From positions 16,244,001-16,308,000 of the forward strand of contig NC_042998.1 in NCBI RefSeq assembly GCF_006345805.1: a stretch of DNA of 64,000 nt, in the 5' to 3' direction. A program made the translations under genes and the position numbers. Positions 27,190 to 40,645 of this stretch are shown piece after piece (the first letter of the stretch is position 1; each line of letters starts with the position of its first letter). The notes under the pieces are model-generated. The model saw only the letters and a program-made list of their open reading frames with translations. It had not been told where the DNA came from and did not search any database. Source of the stretch: Octopus sinensis (taxonomy: Eukaryota).

Positions 27190-28059
27190 CGTCAGGTATT
27201 TTGTTTTACAAAATTGTAGTAACTATTATTCTCATTAATATATAATGATTACAAGTGGTCATTATTTTTATATAAGAGGAAAGATAGAAACATTCGAATC
27301 AGTGAAGTTGTCATCATAGTTTCCCCCCACCCCCGAAATCCCATGTTTAAAAGTAGGTTGAAACGCAAATTAAAGACACAGATATACAGATACGAATTAC
27401 GGTAAATAGGCAAAAGGTCTAAAAAGAGGCATCGAAACATTCTGTTTGGATTAAGAAGCCACTAAATTATATTATCTATATCATCTTCATTTCAATTCAT
27501 GCACTTTATTTGACTTAATGTCTAGATTACAGTAGGCTCTTTAATGTTTTCGTGTTCTTTCTTAATTTGGAAGTGTTTATGTAGTTCCTGAGATGAAGAA
27601 GCCATTTTATGAATATATATATTTATATTTATATTGCATTTTTATTAATATATTTACTTTAAGTTTGGCTTAGAAACGGAGACAGTTCAGACAGGTGTAG
27701 GTTTCTCGTGGATTGTTTTCTTTCCATTGATTAATGTTATTAAAGGTGTTATATGAGGTGGAACTCAACAGTTGTCACTCATCTTTCAGGTTTGATACGA
27801 TAAATCATTAGTCAAATATAGTCCGATGCTATCGCCTATTCGCATTGACGCAGTTGTACCTAAACCAGAAACAGCTGTTAAGGTTTTATTAACACATTCC
27901 TCAAAAAACTTTATAGTTAATACATACACATATACATCCATATTCACACATTTGCTCCTATATGCTCCTGCACACACGCTTATCTATCCATCCTTCATTT
28001 TCTTGCCCATTATTTGTTGAAGGTTCATCTGGGTTTACACTAACGTCTCCTGTCGGTTG

Positions 28060-28300
28060 GTTCATCTTAAAGATTCCGTCTGGTGCTTATTTCCTGCAAC
28101 ATATCAATCACATCTTCATAGTGCCGGCGCTGTGACCTCCCAATGCAGAGTAGCGGCTCGACTGGGAGACATTCTCTGGCCTTCAGTTTGCACACACAAT
28201 CGAGTAACGTTGCAACAGATATTCTATTATGGAACACTTTGCAGCTGCTTGATGGCATTTCTTTCGGCCATCAACCCAAATTTATGGCTATAGAATAGGC
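28060..28300 (-). mobile_element. Possible RTE LINE C-terminal fragment
   Basis: IGRSQRRHYEDVI resembles the RTE C-terminal GRPxxRWxDxI motif; weak and degenerate. Confidence 0.3.
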
Positions 28301-28379
28301 AAGATAACCGAATTGAAGAATTTGACATTTTCTTATTTGCCAACCTCCTGTCTTCTGAAATCAAGTGTTGACACTAGTG

Positions 28380-28605
<226 letters not shown>

Positions 28606-29537
28606 TGATAGATGTAGTAGATGGGTAAATGTGTTTGTGTAATTCGGTATATTCATTTTTGTTAATCATCCAATAATGAACGGTTTTGGGGAAAGAATAT
28701 TCAAATATATTCTCGTCGAAGTATTTTTTGAAATTTTTCAAATGGTGAACACTTGATGGCATAAAAATAAATTGATGCGTTCCATTCATAACACACTACC
28801 AGTGAAACTAAACAGTAATAGGGAGAGAACCAACCTAATTATAGTATACATATATTCACACATACACACCACACACACTCGTGCGTGTGCACGCACACAT
28901 CTATATGATTATAAAGTTTTCTTATCTAGTTTTTTTATTCATTTTTTATATTTAAGTGGACTCTATTATATGTTATTATTTTTCAAAAATTTTCACCATA
29001 TATTTACAGACGTTACACAAACGGTTGCTTGCTTTACTCATTTTTTTTCCATGTAGGCGTTTTCAAGTGATCTTTGGGCAAGCATTATTTATGTTCATAA
29101 TGCCACTTTAAAAACATCCGCATTGTAAAATTTCCTATATGTATATTTTTTTTTTCATAAACGAATAAACATTATATTCTATAACTTAAATCTTTATTCT
29201 ACGTTTAGTTGATTCTACTATTATAATGAATATACAACACCATTTCATGAATTCAAGCTAATAATGAAATATGCTTTTACCAAACATGAAAGGGAATTGA
29301 ATGTACACGTCAGAGGAATGAGTTTAGTAGTTCCTCCTTTCATCTAACTATATGCGTATACACACATGCAGACTCAAATACTATCTGAAATCAATTTTCA
29401 ATTTTATTTCAATTATCGTTAATCTCTTTACATACATAAACACATGCATACACAAGTAAATGTGTGCGTATATATATATATACATACATATTATATATAC
29501 ATATATAAATATATATATATATATATATACATATATA

Positions 29538-29568
<31 letters not shown>

Positions 29569-29612
29569 ATATATATATACGTGTGCATATATATATATAT
29601 TATATATATACA

Positions 29613-29648
<36 letters not shown>

Positions 29649-29960
29649 CGTGTGGTGTGTGTGTGCACATGTATATATTGTATGTGTATATATATATTTA
29701 TATATATATATATATGTATGTATATGTATATATATATAAATATATATATACACATGATATACACGTATATATACATGTATTTATCTATATATTATGTATG
29801 TGCATGTATAAATGTGGGTATTTGTGCGTGTATGTTTCTCTACGCCATTTTTAATGTTACATTTCATATTTATTTCACTCTACATTTGTATAATCTTTCA
29901 TATCATAAAGTTTAAACATTTAAAATCACTAGTGTGCTATAACCCCTATATATGTACACA

Positions 29961-30002
<42 letters not shown>

Positions 30003-30522
30003 GCCCCCACACACGTACATAAAGAGGAAATTTGAACAAAAACAAGAGGTGCACTTCCTGATAACAATACGATAGTGATAACTTTTATGCTTTTGTGTAT
30101 ATGTATGAGCGTGCATGCCGACTGATCAAGCGCGCGCGCATGTGTATGTGTATGTATGCGATGGACAACGAACCATTGTTCATTCCGACAAGTATGAAAT
30201 ATGGAATAATGTGAACTTTCAGCAGCTGGAGGATTACTATGATTCCGAAAGAGTTTGGGAATAGAGTTCGTAATCATATGATATATTTTCTTTTTGTTGC
30301 ATAGACTCTGATTTTAACCATTTAAAGATTCTGGATTTTCTTGTTAGTGGTTGTGAAGCATTTGTTTCTGTTTCTTGTAATATTAATTGTAATCTATAAA
30401 GCACGGCTTTAAGAGTTTACGTGACACCTATAGCGTAAGTCAATGGTTCCTAACCCGTTTCTTTAAATGAGTTTCGCCACGGACGCATTTTAAAATACTT
30501 ATCCTTACATACGCACACGCAC

Positions 30523-30557
<35 letters not shown>

Positions 30558-30635
30558 AATATGTGTGTGTGCATTTATGAATATATATAAATACATACAT
30601 ACATATATATATATAAATATTTTTGTGTGTGCATT

Positions 30636-30693
<58 letters not shown>

Positions 30694-30756
30694 GTGTGCA
30701 TTTATGTGTATATATATGTATGTGTATGCATATATATACCTGCCCCTGGGTGGCAT

Positions 30757-30921
30757 GGGCATGTATAGCTGTGTGGTAAGTAGTTTGTTTCCCAACCAGA
30801 TGATTCTGGTTTCCGTCCCACTACATGACATCTTGGGCTAGTGCCTTGTGCTATAGCCTCGGGCCGATTAAAGCGTTGTGAGTGGATTTGGTAGAGGGAA
30901 ATTGAAAGAAGCCCGTCGTAT
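30757..30921 (+). mobile_element. SINE family A, 5' half
   Basis: Matches the head and first half of 18292 and 62473 up to GAAAGAAGCCCGTCG, then TA. Confidence 0.85.
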
Positions 30922-30944
30922 GTATATATATATATATATATGTT

Positions 30945-31222
30945 TGTTTTCAAGCCATCCCTGGCTCATAGGGCCGGTTTCCTTGGCGTATAGGTTCCCC
31001 ACCTGGACGGGACGCCGGTCCGTCGCAGGTGAACTTCAAGCTGCTAGAGGAAAGAGTGAGAGAGAATTGGGGCGAAAGAGTCAGCAGAAGTTCGCCATTA
31101 ACTTCTGCCGGTGCCGCGTGGAGCTTAGGTGTTTTCGCTCATAAACACACACACCACCCGGTCTGAGATTCGAACCCGTGATCCCTCGACCATGTTCCTA
31201 CTGCTCTAGGCCATGTGCCTCC
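30945..31222 (-). mobile_element. tRNA-derived SINE family C, alternative tail
   Basis: Minus-strand head GGAGGCACATGGCCTAG...GGGTTCGAATCTC and TGAGCGAAAACACCTAAGCTCCACG shared with 52917; 3' part differs (CCTGCGACGGACCGGCGTCCCGTCCAGG...). Confidence 0.8.
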
Positions 31223-31246
31223 CCCCGCACGCACACACACACGCAG

Positions 31247-31281
<35 letters not shown>

Positions 31282-32970
31282 CATGAAATTCTGAATTTAG
31301 CTCACGGTCCCCCACTACAACCTTTGCGGACCCCAGGTTGGGAATCACTGCCGCACACTATGAGGATGAGAAATATTTACAGATATTGTGATGAACCTGT
31401 ATGACTCTGCATTAATGCTTCTACATCCTTCTTCTAGTCAAAATGGATATACACGTTTAGGTACGTGTCTGTGTATGCATATCTTCGAATCTATATTTTC
31501 AAATATTCTTTTCTACTCTAGGCACAAGGCCCGAAATTTTGTGGGAGGGGACCAGTCGATTGGATGAAAGGATGAAAGCAAAATCGAATGGATTTGCAAA
31601 TATCGAACAAGGGATTTATTATACCATGCTGCAGTTATTCCAGACTAGTGTTTCCAATGCTGATTGTGCCTAAACTCGTGCGAACTACTCGCATTTTCCT
31701 TCTATCATACAATAGATAAGAAATCTGAGAAATGAAGCACATCCTGTGTTTTTCTCTGTTTTCAAGCCTTTCATTATTCTTTCGAATTCCTTATTGTTGA
31801 GTGTAGAATCACAATCACTTAAGTATTCATATGTTCTCCCCATTTATCTATAAAAGGAGCGTGCATTCATTTAAAACCTAGTACTTGCTGACGTAAAAAT
31901 ATTTAAAAAGACATTGTTTCACCATCTTGTTATGAATTTCTACTCGGTATAAATAAAGTCCGGGTGTGTAAATCTTCGGCCCAATATATTCTCAGATATC
32001 TTCTCAATTCAAATGTGAGAATTGTAGCATAACAATCTGTGTGGAATCTCTCAGATGGGCTCCAAATATATATAAAGCTAGCTTTGGCACAAGTATGCAT
32101 GCGTTGAATCTTATTTCGGACTATATAAAGACAGACTCAATCTTGTTCATTGAAGATGCATCTACATACACGCTAATACAACGAATGTCTGTAATACACA
32201 CCTCAAGGTGCAAAGAAGATCCATTTAACTATTTGTTTTTCCAGTTAATTTATATCTAACATTCTCCTACAGCAATTCTGTTCTGCTTGCAACAGTTTTA
32301 AAGAAATGTCACATTTACTATGTGAATCAATAACGCAGAAATCACGTCTGCATGCTACTGAGAGTTTTTTGTTTTATTTCATTTTATTTGATCAGAGTTT
32401 CTGAAAAACAAGTCGGATTATGATAAAATAAGTTTGATCGCTCAGGAAATGTCATTTTCGCTAGTTACAGTGACTCCCCCAGATTCTTTCTCAGTCGGAT
32501 ATGTTTCTTGAAGTGATATGGATATGCATGTAAAATACGTGAGAATTCTTGTTTGGCCGTGTACATTTTATAAGATCTATTCAATTAAATAATATAATTA
32601 ATATTATGAATACTTTAATTGAACTTACACTCGTGCTTCCATTGTGCATATATATATACATATATAAGTGAGCGTATTTGTTTGTGCGTGTGAATGCGTG
32701 CGTGTGTGTGCGTGTGCATTTGTGTGCAAATAATTGATGCGTTGAACATAATCACTCTTGCATTCATTTGGATGGAAGTATCAGTGGTCTGGAATGAATC
32801 GTTGTAAAAATGAATGACCGGAAGTGATCATGGATGAAAGAGTTTTTTAAATAGAATTACAGACAAATACACACACGCATGTATATATATGAATATATTT
32901 ATGTTTATGTATATATACATGCATATATATATATATGCATGTATATATATAAAGAGAGAGAATGAGAATG

Positions 32971-33015
<45 letters not shown>

Positions 33016-34269
33016 TAGACAGTTATGCATAAATAAGTATGTATTTGTATATATGATTAATGTCTATGTATATGTGTATAGAGAAAGTTTAGAAAGTATG
33101 TGAAATCACAAAAAATGTTTTGGAGTTCTCAAAATACAATAATAAGTTGTGAGTACGAATTCTTCATACGAGAAATGTATTGATCACGTATTTATCCCTG
33201 ATCTATGAAGCTTAGCCCTACAGAAATTGCACGATTATTATATTAGCCTATATATTTCTATTCTAAATTTTACCATTCCTTGCCAAGTCGGCCTTGCAGC
33301 TATTGAAGTATCCGTATGTTTTAGTTATTATAATTTTAGCCGCAGTTCAGTTTAATTATTTTATACAACCAATACAGCTTGACTTCTGATGGGACTTTCC
33401 AGATCATTGCTGGTTATAATGAAATATTTATATACATATATTTGGTGTATTTCAAAAAAAATATTAGCCATTGCAATATCATATATTGCTGAAAATTTGC
33501 AACAAATTATATATTCTTTCATATTATTAGTTCAGTTATATTTCACAACTCCCTTTTTTCTCTAGTTAACAATAAATGAACGAGCGTTGTCTTCTTACAA
33601 AACCTATTTGCTATTTACCGGTGGTACGCAGAATAATTGAAGCAAAAAAAAAGACAGCATTAAAGATAAAAAAAACTTCGATTTATATAGATATGTTTAT
33701 GAAAATAAGTAGAAAAATCACGTATTCACTTATTTTGAGTGTGATTCTTCTAACATCTATTGCTTATATTTTATTTTATATTTCGGAGCAAGAAAAACAT
33801 AATGCTGATATTTTACGACTTGCGTTCTATCACGATGCTACATTCAGAAAAAAATAAAACAGAGATACGTAATGATTTTTCTCCTTGGATACAATACATA
33901 CATGCAACGCATCCATTTATTACGATATAGAAAAACACAGAATACATACTACTAAAAATAATAAAAAAGAATGAGTTGAAAGATAGCCAATAATAAATTT
34001 GCAAAGATCTCCCATAAAAAAATAAAGGAATATAAAGAAAGACAACAACTATGTGGAATAAGATTACTGTCTCTATGTTTCCTTATATAATTCCCTCAAC
34101 AGTTTCGTGAAGTGGCTTTTTTTTTTCTTTTGCAACGTATAACATTAACACGTCCGTTACAGGCTTGAAGAAGACTTTTCGGTTCGTTTTACAATATTAC
34201 ATGAGAATTTTGCCTTATTTTTTTACGCTTATCTATGCTCCACTGCCGTGTTTAAAGAAATACTTTATT

Positions 34270-34294
34270 CAGTAGTAGTAGTAGTAGTAGTAGC

Positions 34295-34362
<68 letters not shown>

Positions 34363-34387
34363 CAGCAGCAGCAGCAGCAGTAGTAGT
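34270..34387. repeat. (TAG)n-(CAG)n trinucleotide array
   Basis: Direct reading. Confidence 0.95.
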
Positions 34388-34424
34388 GGACGGGAAATTA
34401 TTATTCGATAACAATGACGCTCAG

Positions 34425-34575
34425 TTGTGCATGGTGCTTGATTTTATTGAACTGGAATTGAGCAAGGGCGAAGATTTTCTCAGTGTTATTTGAACTCATA
34501 AACGAAGACAGCTGGGGAAATACAGCTAAGTATATATATCAGACGTGCTAAGGATTCAGCCAATTCAGAGTTATT
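34425..34575 (-). mobile_element. Diverged SINE family D fragment
   Basis: Minus strand CTGAATTGGCTGAATCCTTAGCACG...CTTAGCTGTATTTC...GAGTTCAAATAACACTGAG aligns loosely to the family D head. Confidence 0.55.
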
Positions 34576-34576
34576 G

Positions 34577-35150
<574 letters not shown>

Positions 35151-35154
35151 AATA

Positions 35155-35218
<64 letters not shown>

Positions 35219-35221
<3 letters not shown>

Positions 35222-35613
35222 GATCTTGAAATAGAAATCAGCAAAATGTGGAAGCTGAAGACTAAAACAGTGCCCTGGGAATGATAGCAAAAGGGGCTGA
35301 TAGCTACCTAACTCAGATACCAGGAAACCCAAAAATGGCAGAAGTTCAAAAGATAGTGCTCATGGGAACTGCTCATATCCTACGCAAAATACTCTCTATG
35401 TAACCTCAAGGTTTAAAACAACCATAATTTTCGGTTTAAAAAAAAAAAAAAAAACTTTTTTTTTAGACATTCATTAGTACAACATCCCCACCCCCCAAAT
35501 ATATGGCACACTAGGCATAACAACAACATGAAATTCCAACCCTGTTGTCTCTTGAGGTATCTGGGTGAGACTTGGAGCCAACTTGTACAAATATAAAGCA
35601 AAAGTCAAACATA

Positions 35614-35615
<2 letters not shown>
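35219..35615 (+). mobile_element. Second, divergent Dong/R4-clade LINE 3' end
   Basis: DLEIEISKMWKLKTKTVP-LGMIAKGADSYLTQIPGNPKMAEVQKIVLMGTAHILRKILSM*; different 3' UTR; bounded by (AAT)n. Confidence 0.85.
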
Positions 35616-35671
<56 letters not shown>

Positions 35672-35717
35672 TATTATTATTATTATTATAACAACAACAA
35701 AGATAGTAATAATTTTT

Positions 35718-36136
35718 AGTTCTATTCTTATTTCTTTACTGCCCACAAGGGGCTACACACAGAGGGGACAAAGAAGGAAAGACAAATGGATTAAGCCGAA
35801 TTATATCGAACCAGTGCGTAACAGGTATTTCACCGCGAAAGGATGAACGGCAAAGTTGATCTCGGCAGAATTTCAACTCAGAACGTAGCGGCAGACGAAA
35901 TACCTATCTCTTTATTACCCACAAGGGGCTAAACATAGAGGGGACAGACAATGACAGACATAGGTATTAAGTCGATTACATCGACCCCAGTGCGTAACTG
36001 GTACTTAAAATATCAACCCCGAAAGGATGAAAAGCAAAGTCGACCTCGGCGGAATTTGAACTCACAACGCAACGGCAGACGAAATACAACTAAGCATTTC
36101 ACCCGGCGTGCTAACGTCTCTGCCAGCTCGCCGCCT
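35718..36136 (-). mobile_element. Head-to-tail tandem pair of SINE family D
   Basis: Full copy 36136-35901 joined at GGTATTTC to a head-less second copy 35903-35718. Confidence 0.85.
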
Positions 36137-36662
36137 GTTTTTTTAGTTCCATTCTTGATCATTCCAAGTGCTCCTGGTATTATACCCATCTTGAGTTGCC
36201 AAATTTTTCGATTTCAATCAGCATATCTTTATATTATCTGTGTTGAACCTCTGTTACCGGGAAATCATGATCACAAGGTATGCTCATGCGAATCAATAAA
36301 CTGATTTTATTGTTTTACCTTCCTAGCTCAATGTGAAAAAGATGGTCTTAACTGGTATGTCCCACGTACTGAGAACAACATTGTCGCTGTGTAGACCCTT
36401 ACCTTTTCTCCCTTTATTTTCTAAATTCTTGCTTTAGTTTTTGTTTTCCTTCTTTCAGTTTTCTCTAATTCTTTCTTGTCCCTTATTTTCTATCGTATGA
36501 TTTTTTAAATGAACAATCTGGTGTGTTTACTTTAAAGGAGTACCAATGTAAACAGTGAATTCCTTTGCCCTTGGTGACGAGAAGACATTCAGCAAGAAAT
36601 GGAAACAAAATTAATAGAAGATAATGATAATGATAACAACAACGACAACAACAATAATAACA

Positions 36663-36699
<37 letters not shown>

Positions 36700-36716
36700 T
36701 ACTAATAATAATAATG

Positions 36717-36788
<72 letters not shown>

Positions 36789-36789
<1 letters not shown>

Positions 36790-36925
36790 GTATGTGGCCC
36801 GTAGCAAACAATCTGATGTCGACCAGAAACACACGCATCAATTGTTACGAAGCTCAGTGCTAAAAACGGAGAGTGAAGGTTTCATATTATAGTCTCACGA
36901 CCAAAGCTTATTAACCCGGAACTAC
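36789..36925 (+). mobile_element. Third Dong/R4-clade fragment (post-RT region)
   Basis: KYVARSKQSDVDQKHTHQLLRSSVLKTESEGFIL*SHDQSLLTRNYQ matches the R4/Dong WLRxxxLKxETEGFIxAAQDQxLxTRxY pattern; starts directly after (AAT)n. Confidence 0.75.
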
Positions 36926-37478
36926 CAATAATAGGTATGTAACTTCTAATTTTATATACGTAAAGGAACAATAAACATCATCAAATAGATGGCATATAGA
37001 TCAAATGAGTTTAATGTCGTTGTACAAGAACAACATCGTACATCTGTAGAAATAGTGGAAGTGATGCTCATTTTCTATGGATATATAGATAACATATATA
37101 CTATATGCGGAGGAATTCGTAGGACAATGATGTACATTTCGTTTGACAATCCTGCATTAGGTTTTACATTTGACTAGCCATCGAATTTTATCTGCTTCAA
37201 GTTAAAGTTGAATAATAAGAATGTGAAAATTACACCCGCTTCTAAGCACATGACGTATGATGTAGGAAATGGCTTCACATGATAACATAGCGATAACAAA
37301 GTGAGATAAACAATGTTGAAAGCATGAAGTGTTTGTAGGATAATGTAAACATTCAAGTACCAAATCCTTTGGTTGGTCCTTGGTGTGGTGCCCGTATAAA
37401 TAATAAACATAAATGGCGTTTAATATTTTCGACAGCTAATTCAGTAGAATTTTATTAATATGCTCTCTTATACACTTT

Positions 37479-37687
37479 TACTCTTTTACTTGTTTCAGTC
37501 ATTTGACTGTGGCCACGCTGGAGCACTGCCTTTAGTTGAGCAAATCAACACCAGGACTTATTCTTTGTAAGCCTAGTACTTATTCTATCGGTCTCTTTTC
37601 CGAACACTCAGCTACGGGGACGTAAACACAACAGCATCGGTTGTCCAGCGATGTTGGGGGGACAAACACACACACACACAAACATAT

Positions 37688-37759
<72 letters not shown>

Positions 37760-37830
37760 GACGGGCTTCTTTCAGTTTCCGTCTACCAAATCCACTCACA
37801 AGGATGTGGTCGGCCCGAGTCTATAGTAGA
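37479..37830 (-). mobile_element. SINE family A, 5'-truncated, with long internal (TA)n
   Basis: Reverse complement of the family A body and tail. Confidence 0.9.
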
Positions 37831-37854
37831 ATCGACCGCACTATTTAATTTTCA

Positions 37855-38135
37855 AAGCCTAGTACTTATTCTGTCGTTCTCTCTTTTTTTCTGAACACCT
37901 AAGTTACGTCGACGTAAATAAACAAATAACAGTTGTCAACCGTTGGGGTGGGTTTACAGGCACAGAAATACACAAACACGCAGACGCAGACACGCACAGA
38001 AACACACACAAAAGCACACAAATACATATGCATACTACGGGCTTCTTTCAGTTTCCCCCTACGATAACCACTCACAAGACTTTGGTCGGTCCGATGCTAT
38101 AGTAGAAGACACTTACCTAAGGGAGGTGCTAGGCT
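37855..38135 (-). mobile_element. SINE family A, partial diverged copy
   Basis: AAGCCTAGTACTTATTCT...ACGGGCTTCTTTCAGTTTCC...CTATAGTAGAAGACACTT. Confidence 0.75.
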
Positions 38136-38182
38136 AAGCTGTTCAGATTTAATCCTCTATGATTTCTACATACATACAACAT

Positions 38183-38585
38183 ATTCTCTTTTACTTGTTT
38201 CAGTAATTTGAGTGCGGCCATGCTGGAGCACCGCCTTTAGTCGAGCAAATCGACCCCGGAACTTATTCTTCGTACGCACAGTACTTATTTTATCGGTCTC
38301 TTTTGCCGAACCGCTAAGTGACGGGGACGTAAACACACCAGCATCGGTTTTCAAACAATGCTAGGGGGACAAACACAGGCACACAAACATATACACACAC
38401 ACTTATAAATATACACATATACGACAGGCTTCTTTCAGTTTCCGTCTACCAAATCCACTCACAGGGCATTGGTCGGTCCGAGGCTATAGTAGAAGATACT
38501 TGCCCAAGATGCCACGCAGTGGGACTGAACCTGGAACAATGTAGATGGTTAGCAAGCTACTTACCATACAGCCACTCCTGCGCCT
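38183..38585 (-). mobile_element. SINE family A, full length
   Basis: Complete head (...CAGCCACTCCTGCGCCT on plus) to tail (CTCTTTTACTTGTTTCAGT). Confidence 0.9.
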
Positions 38586-39249
38586 ATGCATACATTCATA
38601 CATTTCTGCTGTGTGCATGAGTACTAAGTTTTAACGTTTTAACTTGCTTCGACTGTTTAGAGCTAGCAAGGAACGCATGTAACATGTGATTATCACATTG
38701 GCAATGACAGAGAAAGTAATCATCGTAATACCTGCTCAGAGGCCAACGTGAAGTTGCAGAAAGTGTATTACATGGAGATATTTCTCTACTTCCCCTCCCC
38801 AAGCTTTCAGCTATATTTCATCAACTCTTAACCTTCACTTGCCCTAGGGCGCTGGGTGTGTCCCGGCAAGTGATTGCATCAAAGATGCAGATTAAAAGTA
38901 AATGACAATAATAATAATAAAATCATAGGTATGTTACTTCTAGTATTATATATGTAAAGAAAGAATAAACATCATCATATAGATGGCATATAGGTCAAAT
39001 GAGTTTAATCAGACATGTCGTGGTACAAAAACAAAACCTAGCCTTGTACATCTCTAGAAGTAGTGGAAGAGATGCTCATTTTCTCTGTATATATAGATAA
39101 CATATATACTCTCAAGGATACGAGTAGTTCAGACGTGTGCAAGATGGCCTCAAAATGTCGATAGAGAAGAACGTTGTGGGAGACATGAAACTAGAAGATC
39201 TGAGGAAAACATTACAGCTGTAGGGAAAATTGTCGAATCACCATCCGTT

Positions 39250-39440
39250 ATATATCAGAGGATGTGCAGATTACTTATGTTTCAGTCCAGTCCATTATCA
39301 CAGAAGATTCTGCGCGTGAGACGCGTGTCTGCCAAGTTTGACCCAAAACTGCTTTCAGCTGACCAAAGAGAAACTCCGGTTTCATTTGCTCAATATCTCC
39401 TTGGCTGTGTCGAGAACGATGAAAACTTTTTCAATAATTT
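39250..39440 (+). mobile_element. Mariner transposase internal fragment
   Basis: SVQSIITED/RVRRVSAKFDPKLLSADQRE...VENDENFF, i.e. the WVPHEL-equivalent (SAKFVPKLL) region. Confidence 0.8.
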
Positions 39441-39580
39441 GCGTCGGCCTCTGAGCAGGTATCACCAAGCTATTGGCAAATTTATGGTAGACTAGAATTA
39501 GAAATAGAACTAGGGTAGTTATGATATTTAGTGGGACATTCCTATATACGGGTGGAAGGTGTGAGTTAAATATGTAACTA

Positions 39581-39960
39581 CTAACAGTATCGCCCGGCGT
39601 TGCTCGGGTTTGTAAGGGAAATAACTATATAAGCATTTTTAGAGAGTTATAGCTAAAAAATAGCAAAACAATGCATTAAAAATGGAAAAGAAATGATGGT
39701 AAATTTTTTTTTAATTGTTGACTCATTGTAGACATTTTTAGAGAGTTACTTCCCTTATATAATGGCGAAAAAATGCATTAAAATGCATTTTAAAATCGTA
39801 GACTCATCGTAGACGCGCGCTAATACCCAGAAAGGCTCGATATGAATCACGACTATAAGATACCCAGTTTGGGTTAAACTGCACCGCAAAATGTGGGAGT
39901 AGTTACGAATCTAAATCGTAGGAGACAGACAGCACACAACCTCACTTTTATATGTAAAGA
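39581..39960 (-). mobile_element. Non-autonomous Helitron-like element (380 bp)
   Basis: Minus strand begins A|TCTTTACATATAAAAG and ends CCCGAGCAACGCCGGG hairpin...TTAG|T (one change from CTAG); A^T insertion site; no TSD. Confidence 0.75.
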
Positions 39961-40313
39961 TTTTCTGCTCAAATTTCTCTGTCATTGTCAATGCGACGAT
40001 TACACGCTATAGACGTTCCCTCAAAGCACTGCTGTAAACAGCAAAAGTGAGCTAGAATGTTAAAACGTAGTGTGCATGTACAGCAGAGTTCAAGGTCACT
40101 CTTTTCCAAGCGGCTTCTCCCTGTGTGCTTAGGCTTCGTTACTATGGCAACAATTCAGATACTTACTGATAAGACCACGTATGTGTATATATGTGTGGGT
40201 GCGCGTTTGTATGTGTGTTTGTGTGTGTGTGCGTGTGTTTGTGTGCGTGAGAGAGAGAATGAGAAAGAGCATGTGTGCATGTGTAAATATATTCATATGT
40301 ATGCGTTTACATG

Positions 40314-40645
40314 TGTGTGGCTCAGTGGTTAGAGCGTCGAGCTTACGATCGTGAGGTTGTGAGCTCGAATCCCGGACCGGGCTGCGTGTTGTGTTCTCGA
40401 GCAAGACACTTTATTTCACGTTGCTCCAGTTCACTCAGCTGTAGAAATGAGTTGCGACGTCACAGGTGCCAAGCTGTATCGACCTTTGTCTTTCCCTTGG
40501 ATAACACTGGTGGCGTGGAGAGGGGAGGCCGGTATGCATGGGCGACTGCTGGTCTTCCATAAAACAACCTTGCCCAGACTTCTGCCTCAGAGGGTAACTC
40601 TCTAGGTGCAAACCCATGGTCACTCATGACCGAAGGGGTCTTTTT
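40314..40645 (+). mobile_element. tRNA-derived SINE family B, full length
   Basis: A box TGGCTCAGTGGTTAG, B box GCTCGAATCCC; homologous to 26738-27068. Confidence 0.9.

Noticed and set aside
27586-27680. ATGAAGA-AGCCA...TGGCT-TA-GAAAC hammerhead-like arrangement
   Set aside because: C3 is missing, helix III is not palindromic and has no NUH, and there is no helix I.
40314-40385. tRNA-like sequences at 40314, 52917, 18292 and 62473 as tRNA genes
   Set aside because: They have A and B boxes but continue into shared SINE bodies and lack a proper acceptor stem, so they are SINE heads.
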